Shown one piece after another: positions 40,190 to 50,713 of a stretch of DNA of 64,000 nucleotides. The DNA is from a virus. The translations under genes were made by a program, and so were the position numbers. Within the stretch, counting starts at the first letter, position 1. The number at the start of each line of letters is the position of its first letter. The stretch covers positions 30,958 through 94,957 of the IMG/VR virus record IMGVR_UViG_3300031705_000002. One strand, 5' to 3'. The notes beneath the pieces were generated by a model, which did not search any database, was not told the origin of the DNA, and worked only from the letters and a program-made list of their open reading frames with translations.

Positions 40190-40837
40190 TTAAGATAAAC
40201 GGTATGTAACACATGATCCGTCTACATTTGTTAGTCTGGTCATGAACATAGCACTTGAAGATCCCCCTGCAGTTGCAGTTTCATTGTCAGCAGCATTTGC
40301 TGCAACAGCCCCACTACCGAACAGCGAACAGTCCGCAGTTCCTGTAACTACAGAATTATGATTAACTGTTGTTGCGATATTTATTACATACCACACAAAG
40401 CTATCTCCTATTGCTTTATTTGCACCAAACAAACCAGCTATAACTGCCTTTGCAGGCATTGTTATAGTATCAGTAGAAGCGTGGTTAGGAGTAGCAACTA
40501 CTATTCCATTTGCAAGCATTGCTGCTGTTAATACAAAAGCTGCATTACCATTAGTACCTAAAGGGGCAGGCGATGTAATTACAGTTGCGTGATTTAAAAT
40601 ACCCGTATCAACTTTTGATGTAAGTACTCCTGCTGCCTGCGCTTTATCTCCTAAACTTAATGCACTAGTAATTGCTATCGCACCTGTGATTGATTGAGCT
40701 ACCGAGTCAGTTTTACTGACATAATCTCCCACAAGACTATTATAGTCTTGAGCTCTAACGAGAGTGTTACCAACCGATCCTCCTTTATTACTAAGAGGGC
40801 CAACGTTAGCATTTGTTATTTTTAATATTCTTGCCAT
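40190..40837 (-). CDS. Head fibre / decoration-like protein
   Basis: 215 aa, Ala/Gly/Thr-rich; located in the capsid module. Confidence 0.5.
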   Translation of the reverse strand: MARILKITNANVGPLSNKGGSVGNTLVRAQDYNSLVGDYVSKTDSVAQSITGAIAITSALSLGDKAQAAGVLTSKVDTGILNHATVITSPAPLGTNGNAAFVLTAAMLANGIVVATPNHASTDTITMPAKAVIAGLFGANKAIGDSFVWYVINIATTVNHNSVVTGTADCSLFGSGAVAANAADNETATAGGSSSAMFMTRLTNVDGSCVTYRLS

Positions 40838-40843
40838 TTTATT

Positions 40844-41512
40844 TTATTCTATTTCGTTAAGTTCAGTTTTACTTGACTGGTATCTTGGGTCTTCTATATT
40901 TTCCAAAGCCTCAAGAACAGCCATCCTTACAATCTCTCTATGTGTGTATTCTGCTAAAGAGCAATCTACAGACACTCCGTCTCCTGTGTTTAAAATAACA
41001 GAGGTAGGAGTTGAGACGTATCTTAAGTGGTACTTGTGTACAGTCCCTAAAGCGATTATCTCAAACGTATCCCCTGAATAATCCAACCTATAGGCTATTT
41101 TATTAGAGATCCGTTTAAAAGGATCATCCATAACTTTAGTGTATCTATCGTAAGTCAAAGGTTGTACAGGAATTCTGGGGTCTCCATAATTTAATGTACA
41201 CTCCTCACTTAAGGCATGCCTATAATCATCGGGGAGTCCTATAAATTGGCCTCCGTCTTTGTTGTCAGAGGTAGCAACGTTAGGTGTTTCCGCGTAGTCT
41301 TTTATAAGATTACGCAAATCATCCCTCCGCTTCTGATCCTCTTCAAATCCTGTCTTACGAACATTATTACCAAACATACGTTTAGTGATAAATCTATCGA
41401 TAGCAGCATTTAAAAACAAATCTACTTCAGCTGAAAGAAAGGCTGGGGCGGACCCAGAGTCCGCCTTATCCATTAACACCCTAAATTCTCTATGCATTTC
41501 TCCTATAGTCAT
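40844..41512 (-). CDS. Ring protein (crAss gp34/35-like)
   Basis: MTxxEMHxEF..xMDK...EVDLFLN.A and C.L.E.THREIV..AV motifs. Confidence 0.7.
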   Translation of the reverse strand: MTIGEMHREFRVLMDKADSGSAPAFLSAEVDLFLNAAIDRFITKRMFGNNVRKTGFEEDQKRRDDLRNLIKDYAETPNVATSDNKDGGQFIGLPDDYRHALSEECTLNYGDPRIPVQPLTYDRYTKVMDDPFKRISNKIAYRLDYSGDTFEIIALGTVHKYHLRYVSTPTSVILNTGDGVSVDCSLAEYTHREIVRMAVLEALENIEDPRYQSSKTELNEIE

Positions 41513-41513
41513 A

Positions 41514-42404
41514 CTACTTACTTATAGAAAGTTTACCTTTTAAGTCAATATACACTTCCTGATTGTCAGGATTTTGTAAGTATTCTACAGTCTGTTCTCT
41601 AGTAAATCCTACAACATCCCCACCTGGTAAGGTGAATTTAGTACCACTTTTAACCAAAATTCTTTCTGTTAAGCAGTCATCAATGAATGCTCTCATTTCG
41701 AATGTTGGGTCTTCAATAGTATCTAAGAAGTCTTTAGGATTCTCGGTTACGATTCTATCAAGCTGTGCTTCAATAAAATCTACAGATGCAGCATCTCCTG
41801 CACGTTTACCCATTACCTTAAGAACATTAGACATCTCTGTTGTAGACATGTTACTAAATCGTTTGTAAGCCTTACGTTTAAGTTTAGACTTCTTATTTTC
41901 TACCTTGGCTTCTTGCTCGACCGAAGTCATTATGTATTCCGCGAATGGAGAGTCGAATCGCTCTAATTCCGAGTTCGCAACGCGCTGATGCGCTTTAAGC
42001 ACTAAGTAGACTAACTCATCATCTGGGTTTGCCATTATAAGTTGCTTTCCATCTTTAGGGACGTCTATGAAAAATTTATTCCAATAGTCACCATTGTATC
42101 TAGAAAGTGTTCCCGAAGACATATTCATCTTCTTTTCAAGGCGACGTTCGTCTACCTCTGTAAGCCCAGTATTCAGAATTCCAGTTCCACGCTGAGATTG
42201 AACTGTCAATCTCTCAAAACATCTAGAGTAACGAATACTCCCGTCGTGATCGTCGGGAAGCCATCCGTGCTTCTTGATTGGTTTTAACGTTACTTTATCT
42301 AAAACTGCATTAGAAACACCATCTCCCTCCATCGCTATAGTGGTAGAGGTGTTACCCTCTACCGCTGAAGCATTCTTTGCTTTCGCCATCTTTTGTGTTT
42401 TCAA
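41514..42404 (-). CDS. Conserved crAss protein downstream of the major capsid gene (gene 75 / gp33-like)
   Basis: Synteny; NPxDxLxY and EYLQNPDNQEV motifs. Confidence 0.65.
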   Translation of the reverse strand: MKTQKMAKAKNASAVEGNTSTTIAMEGDGVSNAVLDKVTLKPIKKHGWLPDDHDGSIRYSRCFERLTVQSQRGTGILNTGLTEVDERRLEKKMNMSSGTLSRYNGDYWNKFFIDVPKDGKQLIMANPDDELVYLVLKAHQRVANSELERFDSPFAEYIMTSVEQEAKVENKKSKLKRKAYKRFSNMSTTEMSNVLKVMGKRAGDAASVDFIEAQLDRIVTENPKDFLDTIEDPTFEMRAFIDDCLTERILVKSGTKFTLPGGDVVGFTREQTVEYLQNPDNQEVYIDLKGKLSISK

Positions 42405-42419
42405 ATTAGTTCTTTATTT

Positions 42420-43853
42420 TTAAATTGTAGAGTTGTAGATTAATTCACAACACGACATAGGGTTTGCGATAAGTACACCTTGTTGCGCTTGTGCGAACAA
42501 TTGGTAACCATCTACCGAAGACGCTGATCCTTTTGAGAACGACGTGTTAGGTCCTAGTGGTGATGTAGATCCAGCTACGTGCCACATAAGTTCCTTACGG
42601 CCCTTAGGATATACTCTTTTGATGTTCTTCTCTCCACCTGACGTACCCATGTTAAGGATAGTGTAACGGTAAGATTCAGTATAACCACCTTTTGGGTGAG
42701 CAATACGGTTACGAACTTCATTATCATATAATGGTAAATGTACTAAAGTAAATCGGATACCTTGTGGTCCCATGTACTCTTTATATTGACCTTGGAATGA
42801 TAAGTTTTGACCAGAACCTCCTACACGCTTAGAATCCAATGGTTGGAAACGAGCTGCATGATTTTCTAATGCTCTGTGGAATTGTACCATACCACGCTCT
42901 CCTGTAAAGGCAACGAAGTGACGTTGGTCTTCTGGAAGAATGTTGATAGATAAATTCAATAATACATCTTCTAAGAAGTCAATTGTAAACTCGTTATAAT
43001 TGAATTTGTAAGAAGGTGAAATTTGCTCACGGATACCTGCACCCTCGATGATTGGAGTACCAGACTCACCCATCATGTTGTAAGTACCATTCGCTTGTTT
43101 GTTAGATTTAGAGAACCATAACATACGTTCTTTCTCCTTAGCCCATTGACAAATGAATTCCCATTCAGCATATTGAGTCCAAATCTTAGAAGTCTTGTTA
43201 GACTTAGGATCTAGCATTTCAATAACTAACGGACGTTGGTGCATGTTTCCAGGCACTGTATAAGTCTTAGACATGAAAGATAGAGAGTTTCTCATTTTGA
43301 ACGGAGAAGTATAGCTTGTTTCACCATAAGTTCTGTTTAATGTTCTTTCCTGTGGAGAGTACTCTTTACTTACTTTAGCTCCTGCAACCATCAAAGCGGG
43401 CGCAATATCACTAGTAGTAAATACCATTGGTTGACAAGGGTATATCCAGTGAGTTCCTGACATATAAGGTTCTTGCATTACACGTAAAGCTGTCTCACCA
43501 TCATCTAAGATAAGTTTATCAGTTTTAGCGAAATACTTTTCCCCTAAAGTTAAAAGGATTATTGTACCGCTAGCACCCCCTGTAGAATCAACTATAATAG
43601 GTAAAGCTTTCTCATCATCCCCTTTCAATAACCACTCGAAGTCGTTATCATCTGGAAGTTCTTGTTCACCACCACCTATTGAAAGGAAGTAGTCCATACC
43701 AGCGTACTGGTTTAGCCCGAACACTCTACTAATGATATTGGATACCAATGTAGGTTCTTGAGCGAATACACTTCCTAAGTGGTTTTCAGTTGTTAAACCA
43801 GACCAACTCTTCGGAGCGTACAATTGTAAATTACTAATTGCGTTTGTTGCCAT
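42420..43853 (-). CDS. Major capsid protein
   Basis: 477 aa; GLTTENHL, GAGIREQI, FTGERG..QFH and LVHLPLYD match crAss capsid motifs; follows portal and scaffold. Confidence 0.92.
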   Translation of the reverse strand: MATNAISNLQLYAPKSWSGLTTENHLGSVFAQEPTLVSNIISRVFGLNQYAGMDYFLSIGGGEQELPDDNDFEWLLKGDDEKALPIIVDSTGGASGTIILLTLGEKYFAKTDKLILDDGETALRVMQEPYMSGTHWIYPCQPMVFTTSDIAPALMVAGAKVSKEYSPQERTLNRTYGETSYTSPFKMRNSLSFMSKTYTVPGNMHQRPLVIEMLDPKSNKTSKIWTQYAEWEFICQWAKEKERMLWFSKSNKQANGTYNMMGESGTPIIEGAGIREQISPSYKFNYNEFTIDFLEDVLLNLSINILPEDQRHFVAFTGERGMVQFHRALENHAARFQPLDSKRVGGSGQNLSFQGQYKEYMGPQGIRFTLVHLPLYDNEVRNRIAHPKGGYTESYRYTILNMGTSGGEKNIKRVYPKGRKELMWHVAGSTSPLGPNTSFSKGSASSVDGYQLFAQAQQGVLIANPMSCCELIYNSTI

Positions 43854-43903
43854 TTTTAATTAATTTTAATTAATCGATTGTTTATATAAATATTAAGCAT
43901 TTC

Positions 43904-45055
43904 CTAGGTAATAGATTTTCTCATTGTGCCAAAGTCGACATTTTTTGAGGTTCCTCTACTTGGTCTGGATCCCGCTTTCTTGGTACTCTTAATTGCGTCT
44001 GATAACTTTTTAGTTGCCTTAGTCGTTGACTGGCGTTCAAAAGCTGAAAAGTCCCACTTAAGTATTGTTGCTAAATAAGCTATCTTTAGATCGAACTCAG
44101 GATCAGTTTCCCTAGCTCGCATTATTTCATTTTTACCATTTCTGTCTAGCTTGGTAATACCCTTATACAGCTCTTCCTTATCTTTAACGGATAATTCAAA
44201 TCCAGGGATTATTTCCTCTTTAACAGATATATGCTCTTTAAGGTCACCCAACCATTGGGTATGTGCCTCTGCTTTTTGCTTTTGAGCATTCTTCTGAGTA
44301 ACTATCAGATTCTCTTTCTCTACTGCTTGCATCTCCTTCAAAGAATCTAAAGCGTCTTCAGCTTCTTCTAATAAAACACCTGTATCTTCATATCGGTTAA
44401 GCTTCTTAGCTATACGGTCCTCAGACCATCCGCTTCTAGATAATAAATCCTTAACAAGCATTTTCTGCATGTTAACGTTTTCTTCTAAGCCTTCTCTAGA
44501 CACATTACCATAAGACTGCTCGTTAGCGCTTAGGTTTATAAGATCGTGCATCGAAACTCCAGCCTCGTAGTTGTCTAATAAATACTTAACTTCCTCTGGA
44601 AGGGAGTCTTTATATTCAACCACTTTATTATCTATTGTTTCCTGTACTTTATTAAGAACCCATTCCTCAGAGTCTTCGAAGTCTTCATCCTTGAAGTCTA
44701 TAAGACCGCTTTCTCTTTGCAATTCAGCAAAGACTTTTAAAACATTAACATCTTCTTCAGCGTCTTCTGTTTCTTTAGCTGCCTCAGGAGCTTCCTCCTC
44801 AGGGTCTTCTTTTTCTTCTTCCTTCTCTGCTTTAGGCTCTTCCTCTTCTTTACCCTCTTCAATAGGGTCTTCTAAGGGAAGTTCGTCCACTTCTTTGATT
44901 GCAAGGCCAGGCTGAAATATCCCTGGTTCTACCTCTACTTCTAAAGCGTCGGTACCTTCTTCTTTTTTAGCAGCAGCTCCTTCTGGGGCAGTAGCTATAC
45001 CTTCCAGTACGCTTAAATCTAACCCTCCTAAAATATCATCCTCTCCAAATGCCAT
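43904..45055 (-). CDS. Acidic putative scaffolding protein (crAss gene 77-like)
   Basis: Glu-rich disordered N-terminus and helical C-terminus, between portal and major capsid genes. Confidence 0.7.
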   Translation of the reverse strand: MAFGEDDILGGLDLSVLEGIATAPEGAAAKKEEGTDALEVEVEPGIFQPGLAIKEVDELPLEDPIEEGKEEEEPKAEKEEEKEDPEEEAPEAAKETEDAEEDVNVLKVFAELQRESGLIDFKDEDFEDSEEWVLNKVQETIDNKVVEYKDSLPEEVKYLLDNYEAGVSMHDLINLSANEQSYGNVSREGLEENVNMQKMLVKDLLSRSGWSEDRIAKKLNRYEDTGVLLEEAEDALDSLKEMQAVEKENLIVTQKNAQKQKAEAHTQWLGDLKEHISVKEEIIPGFELSVKDKEELYKGITKLDRNGKNEIMRARETDPEFDLKIAYLATILKWDFSAFERQSTTKATKKLSDAIKSTKKAGSRPSRGTSKNVDFGTMRKSIT

Positions 45056-45077
45056 ACTAATTTATTTAATGGTTTAA

Positions 45078-45108
45078 CAAAAATATACATACATTCCCAC
45101 ATACACAA
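45078..45108 (-). promoter_or_regulatory. Bacteroidota sigma70-type promoter for scaffold/capsid genes
   Basis: TTG (45108-45106), N20, TATTTTTG (45085-45078). Confidence 0.65.
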
Positions 45109-45153
45109 CCCTTTTTACTAGGGTTTGTGGAATATTGTCTGAGTTTTATAGCT

Positions 45154-45180
45154 AAAACATAATCTTATAGATTATGTTTT
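45154..45180 (-). terminator. Perfect 12-bp AT-rich hairpin over the portal stop codon; possible terminator or processing site
   Basis: AAAACATAATCT-TAT-AGATTATGTTTT. Confidence 0.45.
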
Positions 45181-47625
45181 GCTACCACCCTTTCTTATCT
45201 TCTCTCTTTCTATAGTCTCTTTAGACTTTAGCTTTTCTCTCTCTAAGTCGCGCTTAGCCTTGTTTTCTTCTCGAGCGTTGTCAACCTTTACCCTGTCTAA
45301 AGATAATTTAGCCAAATCAATACTATCTCTAATTCCGTTGTCATTAACGTCATTATCCACAGCTTTAGCCATGATATTCATCTGAGCTATCTCTAGCTTC
45401 GTACGATTATCTTCAGAATTTCTAGCATCTTCTCTACCTTCTTTCTCTTGCTCTAATTGGAGCTTAGCGTGTTCAAGGTCTAGTTTAGCTTGCTCAGACT
45501 GCTGCTGCATTTGAACTGCCTCTTGCTGCTGTTGCATTTGCATTTGCTGCATCTGTTGTGCTCTTTGTTCTGCTTCGGCCTCAGCTTGTTTAAGACCTTG
45601 TCTAAGATCCGCAAGAGAGGTTGCGTTATATACTTGTGCAACATCTGATAAAGTCATTTTGTCGTTCTGAAGAGCCGCATGCGTAAGCTGCTTGAGCGCT
45701 TCGATTGCCATATTATCTTTAGCGGAGTTAGATACAAATAATCCATACTCTGAATTACTGAAGTCTGTTCCGTTAATCTTAAAGAATATGTTAGCCATAT
45801 CGTCAGTCATATACTGAAGACGTTTAGTCTTCCCTTTATAAACATCCTTAGCTACGTTAAGTAAAGTTTCCATAACTCTAACCTTAGTCTGGTTATGAAC
45901 CTCGAACCATTTCTCTGTAATGTGAGAAGACTGTACAACAGCTCTCTCTACGTTACCTACTAACTCGCTAGTAGATACTGCACCCATACGCTGAGGTGTT
46001 ACCCCTGCAAGATTACCTATCTTCTGTTCTACAAAATCTAGTAACCCTATGTGTTGTTGTATGAAATTACCAGTCTCCATATCAATAACCTTATTCTGGT
46101 TAGATATGTTACCTGCAAGTTTCCCTGCGGACTGTCCTTTCTTACCTTCGTTGAATGAATCAACAAAACCAAACTTCATAGACTGCGCGTAGTACATCCA
46201 CTTCTCTATCTCCCATCCGTCAGGAATAAGTGATAAATCTATTAAAGCTATTTTACCTTGGTTGGCTGCCATAGCTAACTCTAGTCTATACCATAAAGTA
46301 ATGTATAGATAAATCCAAGGGACTAATCTATCCATCAATGATACCGACTGAGTGTTGTTGGCGTTATATATAGTACCTACATAACCAGAACTACATGTAG
46401 ATAAATTATCCATGTGTCTGAATTGCTGCGGGCGTACACGTATGTTTATGTACGTGCTTTCTCCAATTTTAGTTCCTTCCCAGTACTCACTAACCCAAAG
46501 CCATTTAATTGACTCTCCAGCAGAACCGTCTAGTTTGTAAGCTTCAGAAACAACTGCTTCCTGAGGCATCCCTAACTCATCCATGTAAGTTAGATTTCCG
46601 ATCTTACGCATAGATTTCCAAACAACCTTAGTTACCCTGATGTTTCCATCTCTATCGTAGTAATTATTCATAGCATCTCCATTCTCTTCGGAGCTGTCTT
46701 GAATCATTAACTTTTCTGCGGGGTAGTTTAATAGACTCTTACTTTCGATAGAAGAACGGTTTCCGTTCTCTTTTTCTAGGTCGTCTATTTGTTTTGCGGT
46801 AAGGTCCTCATAGAAATTATCTAAAACAGAGTTAACCGACATATAAGTGTCTTCCACTATTACGTCAGCCTTATCTACATAATCTTCGTTGTGAGGTAAA
46901 AGACAATAAAACTCCAAAGGGTTTATTCTCCTTACAGTGGGTTCGTTAGATATTTCTTCTACACAGTAGATCTCCTCTCCTGCGATAAGAGCATCTTCCC
47001 ACCCTTTAGCAAACTTAATCTTTAGAGATTGTTCTCTCTCTAAGTAGTTAAGAAGCTTATTTGCTACGGACTCATTAATATCCTGAAAATCGTAGCTAAA
47101 ATACTTTTGTATGCGCTTAAGTTCTTCAGGGATATTCTCCTGAGCTTCTTGAAACATTTTTTGAGCTTCTTCCTCACTCTCAGGTTTACCAGCACCCTGA
47201 AGCATTTGCTCAGTAGATTGCTTGATTAACCCTTGAAAATAAGAAGTTACTGCTTGCTTTTTTTCGCTTTCTTTAGAAGATATAGCACCTTCATTTATAG
47301 AGCGCACCATAACAGTGAATGCTCTTTTTGCTTCCTCTCCAAATAATAAATTAAATATAGGGGATACAACGTCATAGTATTGTAATGACGCAGGCATCTC
47401 TACAGTATCTCCCAAACCTAAAGGGTCTGTTACATACTCTAAATCTTCTTTATTAAATTTACCATTATACAAGTCATAGTTCCTCTTCTTTTTACTCCGA
47501 GGGCTACGTCTTGTATTATCGTATATACCTATAAGGGAAAGGCCTGATTCAATACAGTCCTCTCCCCATTTGGTAGTTTTTTTTAGAAAGCTTAATTTTT
47601 GTCTAGGAAACTCTTTAAGCGCCAT
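45172..47625 (-). CDS. Portal protein
   Basis: 817 aa; FPRQKL, NYDLYNG, LLFGEE.KR, WEGTKIG motifs and a Q-rich C-terminal barrel helix. Confidence 0.93.
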   Translation of the reverse strand: MALKEFPRQKLSFLKKTTKWGEDCIESGLSLIGIYDNTRRSPRSKKKRNYDLYNGKFNKEDLEYVTDPLGLGDTVEMPASLQYYDVVSPIFNLLFGEEAKRAFTVMVRSINEGAISSKESEKKQAVTSYFQGLIKQSTEQMLQGAGKPESEEEAQKMFQEAQENIPEELKRIQKYFSYDFQDINESVANKLLNYLEREQSLKIKFAKGWEDALIAGEEIYCVEEISNEPTVRRINPLEFYCLLPHNEDYVDKADVIVEDTYMSVNSVLDNFYEDLTAKQIDDLEKENGNRSSIESKSLLNYPAEKLMIQDSSEENGDAMNNYYDRDGNIRVTKVVWKSMRKIGNLTYMDELGMPQEAVVSEAYKLDGSAGESIKWLWVSEYWEGTKIGESTYINIRVRPQQFRHMDNLSTCSSGYVGTIYNANNTQSVSLMDRLVPWIYLYITLWYRLELAMAANQGKIALIDLSLIPDGWEIEKWMYYAQSMKFGFVDSFNEGKKGQSAGKLAGNISNQNKVIDMETGNFIQQHIGLLDFVEQKIGNLAGVTPQRMGAVSTSELVGNVERAVVQSSHITEKWFEVHNQTKVRVMETLLNVAKDVYKGKTKRLQYMTDDMANIFFKINGTDFSNSEYGLFVSNSAKDNMAIEALKQLTHAALQNDKMTLSDVAQVYNATSLADLRQGLKQAEAEAEQRAQQMQQMQMQQQQEAVQMQQQSEQAKLDLEHAKLQLEQEKEGREDARNSEDNRTKLEIAQMNIMAKAVDNDVNDNGIRDSIDLAKLSLDRVKVDNAREENKAKRDLEREKLKSKETIEREKIRKGGSKT

Positions 47626-47637
47626 ATGAAAGTTGTA

Positions 47638-48018
47638 TTATGCTACCTCAAGTATCAAATATTCTAAAAGTGGGGTGTTAGCAGATGATTTTACTTTAAT
47701 AGTCGTGTTGTCTGCGCTTGGGTAGAATAAAAATTCTTCTGGCCCTAACATTGCAAACTCTTGACCACCATCATCAAAAAAGATGATGTCATCTACTAGG
47801 TCTAAGTTTTTAGCGTATACATACGCTTTTTCATCAACTGCTCCAGATAAAGCTTCCACAGTTAATTCTAAGAATGCTCCTGCAGCAGTTTTAACCACTG
47901 TTAACCCTTGACGGTTATCCCCGTCTATAGTTAAAGAGTCAGTTACCGTCTTGGATATATTTACAGTATCGAACAAGTCTGTACTTGAGATACTAAAGGT
48001 TGTTTTTAAAGTTGCCAT
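47638..48018 (-). CDS. Small beta-sandwich virion-like protein, paralogue 1
   Basis: Shares SSTDLF, AY.Y..NL and FA.LGP.EFLF.P with its neighbour. Confidence 0.6.
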   Translation of the reverse strand: MATLKTTFSISSTDLFDTVNISKTVTDSLTIDGDNRQGLTVVKTAAGAFLELTVEALSGAVDEKAYVYAKNLDLVDDIIFFDDGGQEFAMLGPEEFLFYPSADNTTIKVKSSANTPLLEYLILEVA

Positions 48019-48035
48019 GTTTTATGTATTAAAGA

Positions 48036-48470
48036 TTATGCTCCTAAAGCTTTTTCCATTAAAATAAATTCCACTACAGGGTTTCCTGTTTTAGGTTCAA
48101 GATCCACCGTCTGCATGTGAGCTATAGGAATAAATAAGAATTCCCCTGGCCCTAGTTGAGCAAAGTAGTCACCTGTAGTACCAATACTACCAACAGCTTC
48201 TCTTAATCTAATCATTAATATCTCTCCTGAGACAGAACTTAGGTTGTGTAAAAATAAGTAAGCCCTATCTAAAGTACCTGCTAAAGGTCTGATAGCTGTT
48301 CCTGTACCTAAAGTTAAGCAGTCTACAGTACCATTACCTGATGTTATTATTCGTCCCATTACCTGGGTGTCTCCCGCAGGAGATAGTACGTCTGTCTCTG
48401 TAAAACTAAGCGCTTGCTTTGCAAACAGGTCAGTACTAGAAAGAGACAAAGTTACGTTTACTTTTGCCAT
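48036..48470 (-). CDS. Small beta-sandwich virion-like protein, paralogue 2
   Basis: Tandem paralogue of 47638-48018. Confidence 0.6.
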   Translation of the reverse strand: MAKVNVTLSLSSTDLFAKQALSFTETDVLSPAGDTQVMGRIITSGNGTVDCLTLGTGTAIRPLAGTLDRAYLFLHNLSSVSGEILMIRLREAVGSIGTTGDYFAQLGPGEFLFIPIAHMQTVDLEPKTGNPVVEFILMEKALGA

Positions 48471-48504
48471 GTTATTGTTTTTTTTAAATTCGCGAATTAA
48501 AGTA

Positions 48505-48534
48505 CAAAAATATACAATTATTTAGACTACACAA
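48505..48534 (-). promoter_or_regulatory. Bacteroidota sigma70-type promoter for the portal operon
   Basis: TTG (48534-48532), N19, TATTTTTG (48512-48505). Confidence 0.65.
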
Positions 48535-48577
48535 CATCTAACCTAACTACTTAGTAATTAAGTTTAATATTTTATAG

Positions 48578-50713
48578 CTAAAAGGACTTTCTTTTTTTTC
48601 TTTTAAAGATAGTCTTATTCCAGAAATCCTGGTCATGTATAGTAGTTATTTTCTTTTCTTTCTCTACGGTATGCTTCTTAACCTCCTCTAAATGGTACAT
48701 AACCATCATGAATGCCATAACCCTATCAAAGTTATCGTTATCATTATAGGCTATCAATTCCTTTAGAAGTCCTTGGCTCCGTATCTTATGGAGATTCATA
48801 AGACTTTCGTCTTGTCCGTAGTTATCTAATAACCACATCTTTATGAGTTCCTCTCCGTAATTCTTTAAGGGTTTAGACATATGCATACCCTTACCTCTAC
48901 TCACTTTACTGTTCTGAACAATATCCTTTATTATCTCAGGTTGGTCCAGAAGTAAGTGGGTTTCATGCTTGTGTTCTAAGTATTGATACAAACCCTTTCG
49001 CTCGTTCTCGTAGAGACACTTAGCGTTGTAAAACTTTAACAGTCGTCTTACTACCTCGTAGTACTTGTTAGCTGTCTCTGGTCTACCAGTATATTCAGCC
49101 ACAATCCTATTGGTGAGCTTATTTAATACTATTAATGAACCTAAAGAAGCTGTAGTAGCTTCGTCATGATCATAAGGGTCACACCCTGCAACATACATGC
49201 CATAAGGAATTTCCTCTTCTCCGTTCTCGTAAGGCATCTCATGTATAATAACACACCCCTCGATCTCATCGCTTATTCTTAAAGGGTAGTCATATATGGG
49301 GCTCAACTTAGCATCGGGCTTCCATTCTATCTTACCTTCCGTGGTTACAAATAACTTTCCTATGTAATCTAAATTAGCGCTAGCATTCTCTACTTCAAGA
49401 TTAGCTAACGTATCCATAAGATCAGCAGTAGGGAAATGGTTCCCAGTCTTCGTTAGGAAGACTTCTGACGGCTTTAAAGGCCTGTTCTGGAGCTCTGCAT
49501 TCAATGCGCTTCTAGAGTTCTTCCCAGAGCGTAATTTGTCTCTAAATTTATCTAGGTATGCTTTAGCTGGAGCTTCGTCTGTAAATCCATTCTTATCCTT
49601 ATACTGATTCAATCCCATGTACGCGGGAACGAAGTAGGAGATCTTTCCTTTATCTTCCCAAGTATCGTCAAATGATATTAAGTCATATACATCAGGATTG
49701 TAGAACATATCTCTTGCATCTACGGTACCTCCACCTTCCATATCACCACCAGTACCTAAGTACATACAGCTACCGAATTTGTAAGAACCATTCTTCATAC
49801 ACTCCACCGAAGCTTCGTGTGCTGCTTTAAGATTAGAGAACATACCAATCTCCTCCATCACCATTACAGCGGGACGCGTACCATTGGCAGCGAATGCGTT
49901 ATCTCTAAATGTTCTGTGCTTGATCTTGGACCCACTACCTCTAGTTTGCCAAGTACCCCCAAGTTTCTTTTTGTATTCAGCTCTAATCTCTTTACCTGAC
50001 ATCCAAGAGCCTGCGTACTGCTTAGCAAAAGGAGAGGGGTAGAATTTATCTTCTAACTCAACATACCCAGGAAGATTATCTAAACCAAACTTAGTTTTAG
50101 CTAGAATATCTGCAGAGAATTTAGCATCACCTGCAGCAGCTACGATTTCTGTAGATGGTGGTTTTGCTATATATGCTGGGTCGTACTCTTTCATTCCGTC
50201 GAACAAGAACTCATGACCAATAACCCCACCAGCAACCCCATAGGACTTACCAAAACCACGACTACCCATCATCATCATATTCTTAGCCTCATTCTCAAAC
50301 AAAGGCTTACCCATGTTCTTAGAAAAGGTTTTACGCATATACTCACGCGCAGGTACATATATTTTACCGTCCTTATCTACTCCAGCTTCTTCAAACTCTC
50401 TATCACAAGTAAAAGTCTTGTCCTCAGAGAACCCAGAGAAACCCCTAGCCTCAGTCCAGTTATAAAAGAAATCCCACTCCAAGTCACGAAGAAACGGCTT
50501 TCCAGGTTCCTTGGTCTTAGAATGGGCTGACTTATTCAGTAGTATAGTCCAAAAATTAACATAGAAGTATAGGGAACCTGGCATCCAAACACCACCAACC
50601 CAACACCCCTCTATACTCCTCTGCTTCTGTTCTCGCCAAAATAGCAAGTACTGTTCACTAGCAGGGTGGTACTGAGGGATTTCCTCTAAGATAAAATTTA
50701 ATCTATTTATCAT
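48578..50713 (-). CDS. terL: Terminase large subunit
   Basis: Walker A-like GSRGFGKS, Walker B VMVMEEIG, coupling motif GTGG, nuclease motifs GCDPYD and NFDRVMA. Confidence 0.93.
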   Translation of the reverse strand: MINRLNFILEEIPQYHPASEQYLLFWREQKQRSIEGCWVGGVWMPGSLYFYVNFWTILLNKSAHSKTKEPGKPFLRDLEWDFFYNWTEARGFSGFSEDKTFTCDREFEEAGVDKDGKIYVPAREYMRKTFSKNMGKPLFENEAKNMMMMGSRGFGKSYGVAGGVIGHEFLFDGMKEYDPAYIAKPPSTEIVAAAGDAKFSADILAKTKFGLDNLPGYVELEDKFYPSPFAKQYAGSWMSGKEIRAEYKKKLGGTWQTRGSGSKIKHRTFRDNAFAANGTRPAVMVMEEIGMFSNLKAAHEASVECMKNGSYKFGSCMYLGTGGDMEGGGTVDARDMFYNPDVYDLISFDDTWEDKGKISYFVPAYMGLNQYKDKNGFTDEAPAKAYLDKFRDKLRSGKNSRSALNAELQNRPLKPSEVFLTKTGNHFPTADLMDTLANLEVENASANLDYIGKLFVTTEGKIEWKPDAKLSPIYDYPLRISDEIEGCVIIHEMPYENGEEEIPYGMYVAGCDPYDHDEATTASLGSLIVLNKLTNRIVAEYTGRPETANKYYEVVRRLLKFYNAKCLYENERKGLYQYLEHKHETHLLLDQPEIIKDIVQNSKVSRGKGMHMSKPLKNYGEELIKMWLLDNYGQDESLMNLHKIRSQGLLKELIAYNDNDNFDRVMAFMMVMYHLEEVKKHTVEKEKKITTIHDQDFWNKTIFKRKKRKSF

